A DNA stretch of 64,000 nucleotides, from positions 1,674,001 through 1,738,000 of the forward strand of contig NC_081334.1 in the NCBI RefSeq assembly GCF_022539665.2. The letters are read 5' to 3'. Positions 57,901-64,000 of this stretch are shown piece by piece (the stretch's first letter is position 1; every line of letters begins with the position of its first letter). The stretch comes from Daphnia carinata. Its lineage: Eukaryota. The notes under the pieces were generated by a model. That model saw only the letters and a program-made list of their open reading frames with translations. It did not search any database and was not told where the DNA came from. A program made the position numbers and the translations under genes.

Positions 57901-59469
57901 ATGTACTGCTCCTATTTGTGATAACTATGTATGAAAGGTAGTATCAGCAAATGGTTTTATTGTTGTTTTGTTTCTAACCTAACCTTAAAATGCAAACCTC
58001 CTTTTTCTTTTGTTATTGATGAAGATGGAATTTTCTGTCCTACTTGTTTCTGTCATAGACTGTGGGGTCCACCGTTACAAAACTCCACATCAGCAACAAT
58101 CGTTTCTCACTGCTCAGAACCTGCAAATGTCGTGAATGAAAAAATTTTAATTAAAAATAATTTAAAAAATAGTTGTAATACCAAGCATTATTAAACGACT
58201 TGCCTAACTAAGGAAACCGCTAGAACCACAATGTTTGTCTCCACAATCCTGAAATGATTGAAATGACAAGCTTTGTTTTATTTCATTAATTCTAATTTTT
58301 AAAAAAGTACAAAGCCTAATGCATGGTTGACCAGTTTGGCTTGATGCCTTTTTTAAAAAGCAAGAAGGTAGCAATAACCATTATCTCAATGTGCCTGTCA
58401 TGCTTACTTTTAAGGACATGAGTTACCATCCATGATGGCAAGCAAATAAATTCTTCTTGCGTTCATGGTATGAGACGAAAATAATGGCAAAGAATAATAC
58501 AATAGTGGAATATGGAAGAATGATATTGCCACACATTTATGATCCTTCTTAATGGCCATCTGGCATGGAGATGAGAGAACGAGGGCCAAGGCACCACATC
58601 TTGTTCACAACTTGTGATATTCCCTAAAATTTAGAAAGAAACAAACAATGACTCAGCATGAAAAGAATTACTTCTTATAGTTTCTTATTAATAATGTGCC
58701 ATTCATTTTGTAATTTGAAAAGGAGTTTCAAATATTGTTAGGTATTCTCAAATTAAAGTTTCTTGTGGAACAATGTTTTTGTTAGAATTAGAATCAATGT
58801 CTTTGGTTAACAATGTTTTCTTCACGAAACATTCACTCAAGTATTACTTTACCATTGCTGCCTGATGTGTCCAATATTTCGCCCGTCAGATGCACACCAC
58901 ATGTTTCACACACGACAATGAACTAGCAAATGGCGACTGATGGCGGTTCACAAAACTCAAGCAACGTTGCCACATATTTCAAAATGGGCGGCGAATTCAA
59001 TTTAAGACACAACTTTTTAGTTTTCTCTCGCACAGGAAGATACTATGCAAAAACCAAATTAAAACAAGGAGATGGCTGGTTGTCTTTCGGGTTTACAATG
59101 GTAAATTATGTATTGTTGGGAAAGATAAATTCATGTTGCGGCTCTCGTGCAGTAGGTCCACCAACATCAGTAACACACACACACACACAAATCCGTGCCA
59201 ATTGTGAAATACTTAACCAACCGTACCAAAATCTGTATTTCTTCAAAATTATTTGGGCGTCGCTCAGAATGAAAATTGGACACAAAATTTAAAGAACAAA
59301 AATTATAATCAAGTGAGCCTCAACGCATGGATAGGAACACGTAATGAGGTCAACTTGGGGAAAGAGGTACAGAAGTGAACCCAAAAGCAGTATAGAATCC
59401 GATATGTGAACAAATTATTCAATGGGTAAAAGATTATGGGTAAAACAAAAGAAAAATAAAATAGGTAAT

Positions 59470-60256
59470 TCATTGATGGATTTTGCTGTTAGATGTTTCT
59501 AGTACGTCGAGGTGGTGGTGGTGGCGATGAGGTATCCTCCTTAACAAGCTCAGGTTCGCTAGTTGTTTTCTTGCCACCACGTGTCCGTTTCGTGGCCGGC
59601 ACGGCCGGAGGTTCATCCGCCATTGTTGCGGCAGATACTGCCGGGCCCTTCTTTGTCGTGAACGTTTGGCGGCCGGTGCTTTCTCTTCCTCTTCTTTGGC
59701 TGTAGCGGCCAAAGTCTCAATGTCGGGGTCGCGTTCCAGCTGGACAGAGACTTTCTTCTCGGCCGGTGAAGCCGTCTTCCGCGCCGAACGGGTGGATCTG
59801 GCTGGCGAATGCGCCGTTTCGGCCACGTCAAAATGAACTTTGAGTGCGCCCTTTGCGCGAGTAGATCGTCCACTTTTGACGGATGTGACTGGCGATCCAT
59901 TGTTCGCCTCCGGCTCATCTGGCACGTGATTGGCGTGGATGTCGGCAGCATGTCCTTTGCCTTCGTGTAACATTTCTACATCATCCAATCCAGCAACGTA
60001 TTTATTGGCTTTCGTTTCACCACGACGCCTTTTGCCTTCCGGCGCTTCCTTCTCCGGAACGGAGGCACGTTTGACGGCACCTCGACGTGTTGTTTTCTTC
60101 GTCACCTCGACATCGGCTTTTATTGTTCATCTATAATAAGACAGTAAAACACCATTAGGCATAAAAACTCTTAATTCATATATATATTTCATACCTTACA
60201 TGATTCGTGAGTTGATTGCTAGCATATTCTTCTGACAGAAGCTTCGGAAGAGACAT
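59470..60256 (-). pseudogene. Mirror copy of the unidentified basic-tail gene fragment, with a 1-bp frameshift
   Basis: Same as 45460-46228, but CAAAGAAG replaces CAAAAGAAG, shifting the C-terminus. Confidence 0.5.
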
Positions 60257-60265
60257 TTACGATTT

Positions 60266-62186
<1,921 letters not shown>

Positions 62187-63191
62187 CCTGGACAGAAAAA
62201 ATGTAGATCAGAATGAAACAAATTAGATTATATAGAGGTCAAGAAGTAAAATCTAGCGAGGACGGTCTATCTAGCGAGTAAAGTAGACAGCAGACTACAC
62301 GCGTTAAGCCAATCTAAAAGTATGCCTGAAAAAAAAACTGTCCGACGAGCCACTGTTTAAGGCGCCTCTTGTGGACGCAAAAGTCATTACGAGAAATTTT
62401 ATCCACCACAAATTAAATGTTTTTAAACATTTAAAGTACTTATCCAAATGAAAATTTAACTTAAGAAAATTAATATGTTTGAGTAATACAAAGTCGTTAT
62501 TGTGTATTATTTTCACAGCGCAACAACCAACAATGACTTCGTCAACAACCATTTCAAAACATCGTCCCATCCGACCCAATTCAAAACAACCCCTACATTT
62601 TGTCCGGTGAATCAGTCATTGCAAATGGACACAAATCGTTGCGTTATATGACTACGAGGTGGCAGTATGGTCAACATCACACAAAAGGTGGCGGTCAGAT
62701 CGATGCGGAGTTTGCGCTAGTGTACAAGAAAAACATCTTGGAACAGTCGGTCGGCCTCGCATTCCACACTCATCACATGATCAGGAACATCGGGTAAAGG
62801 TAGATTGGCCGTCATCCCAGGTAGATCTGAGGAAATAGGGGCGCTGGATCACAAAATATATGAAATGGGCAAAACATACAGGACTTTCAAATAACATTTT
62901 AATTTTGAAAAATACTTACAGGCTATTGGTAAAATCAGGCAATTGGCGTTTCCCGTTGCAGCATTGCTCGGTTCTCTAGGTTTAGGACATTTTAGTGCAC
63001 AGAAACGATAAATATCTAAACATTTGCTCTTATCCAGTGCGATTTTGTTTATTTGTTAGTAGTCATGCTTAACTGCTGAAACCATGAAGAGTGAGCTAAA
63101 TAATAGTTCAAAGTAAATAACCCAGGCGTTTGACACTGCGACTGTGATAAATCTTTTTAAAACTTAACACTTAAATTCTCCTCTATCGTTT

Positions 63192-64000
<809 letters not shown>

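Overview
Eukaryotic, AT-rich, gene-dense arthropod genomic DNA with many ~60-80 bp GT-AG introns, most consistent with a Daphnia-like crustacean (inference). The first 43 kb holds apparently intact genes: REEP5/DP1-like, a methuselah-like GPCR, calpain-D/SOL (CAPN15), a GAB/dos adaptor, a FRS2-like adaptor, a sulfotransferase with an unusual N-terminal extension, RpS3a, MTP large subunit, CIAO2B/FAM96B and RABGGTB. The 3' part of LDH lies at the right edge. Two structures stand out. (1) A 3.8-kb element (30054-33874) with ~430-bp terminal inverted repeats, a 3-bp ACT flank duplication and CCGAC subterminal repeats carries an intron-containing, stop-disrupted 3' fragment of DHX37; it looks like a Pack-CACTA-type gene-capturing transposon. 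(2) A ~19.4-kb palindrome (43177-62539) has near-identical ~8.2-kb arms and a 2.9-kb spacer. Each arm holds a vasa-like pseudogene fused to another gene fragment, back-to-back tRNA-like heads, a hairpin-dense 320-bp TIR-bounded element with a hammerhead-ribozyme-like core, and a 23-bp minisatellite. The spacer holds a MULE-like MITE with (CCTAA)n telomere-like repeats. All calls were made by eye; no database searches were run.
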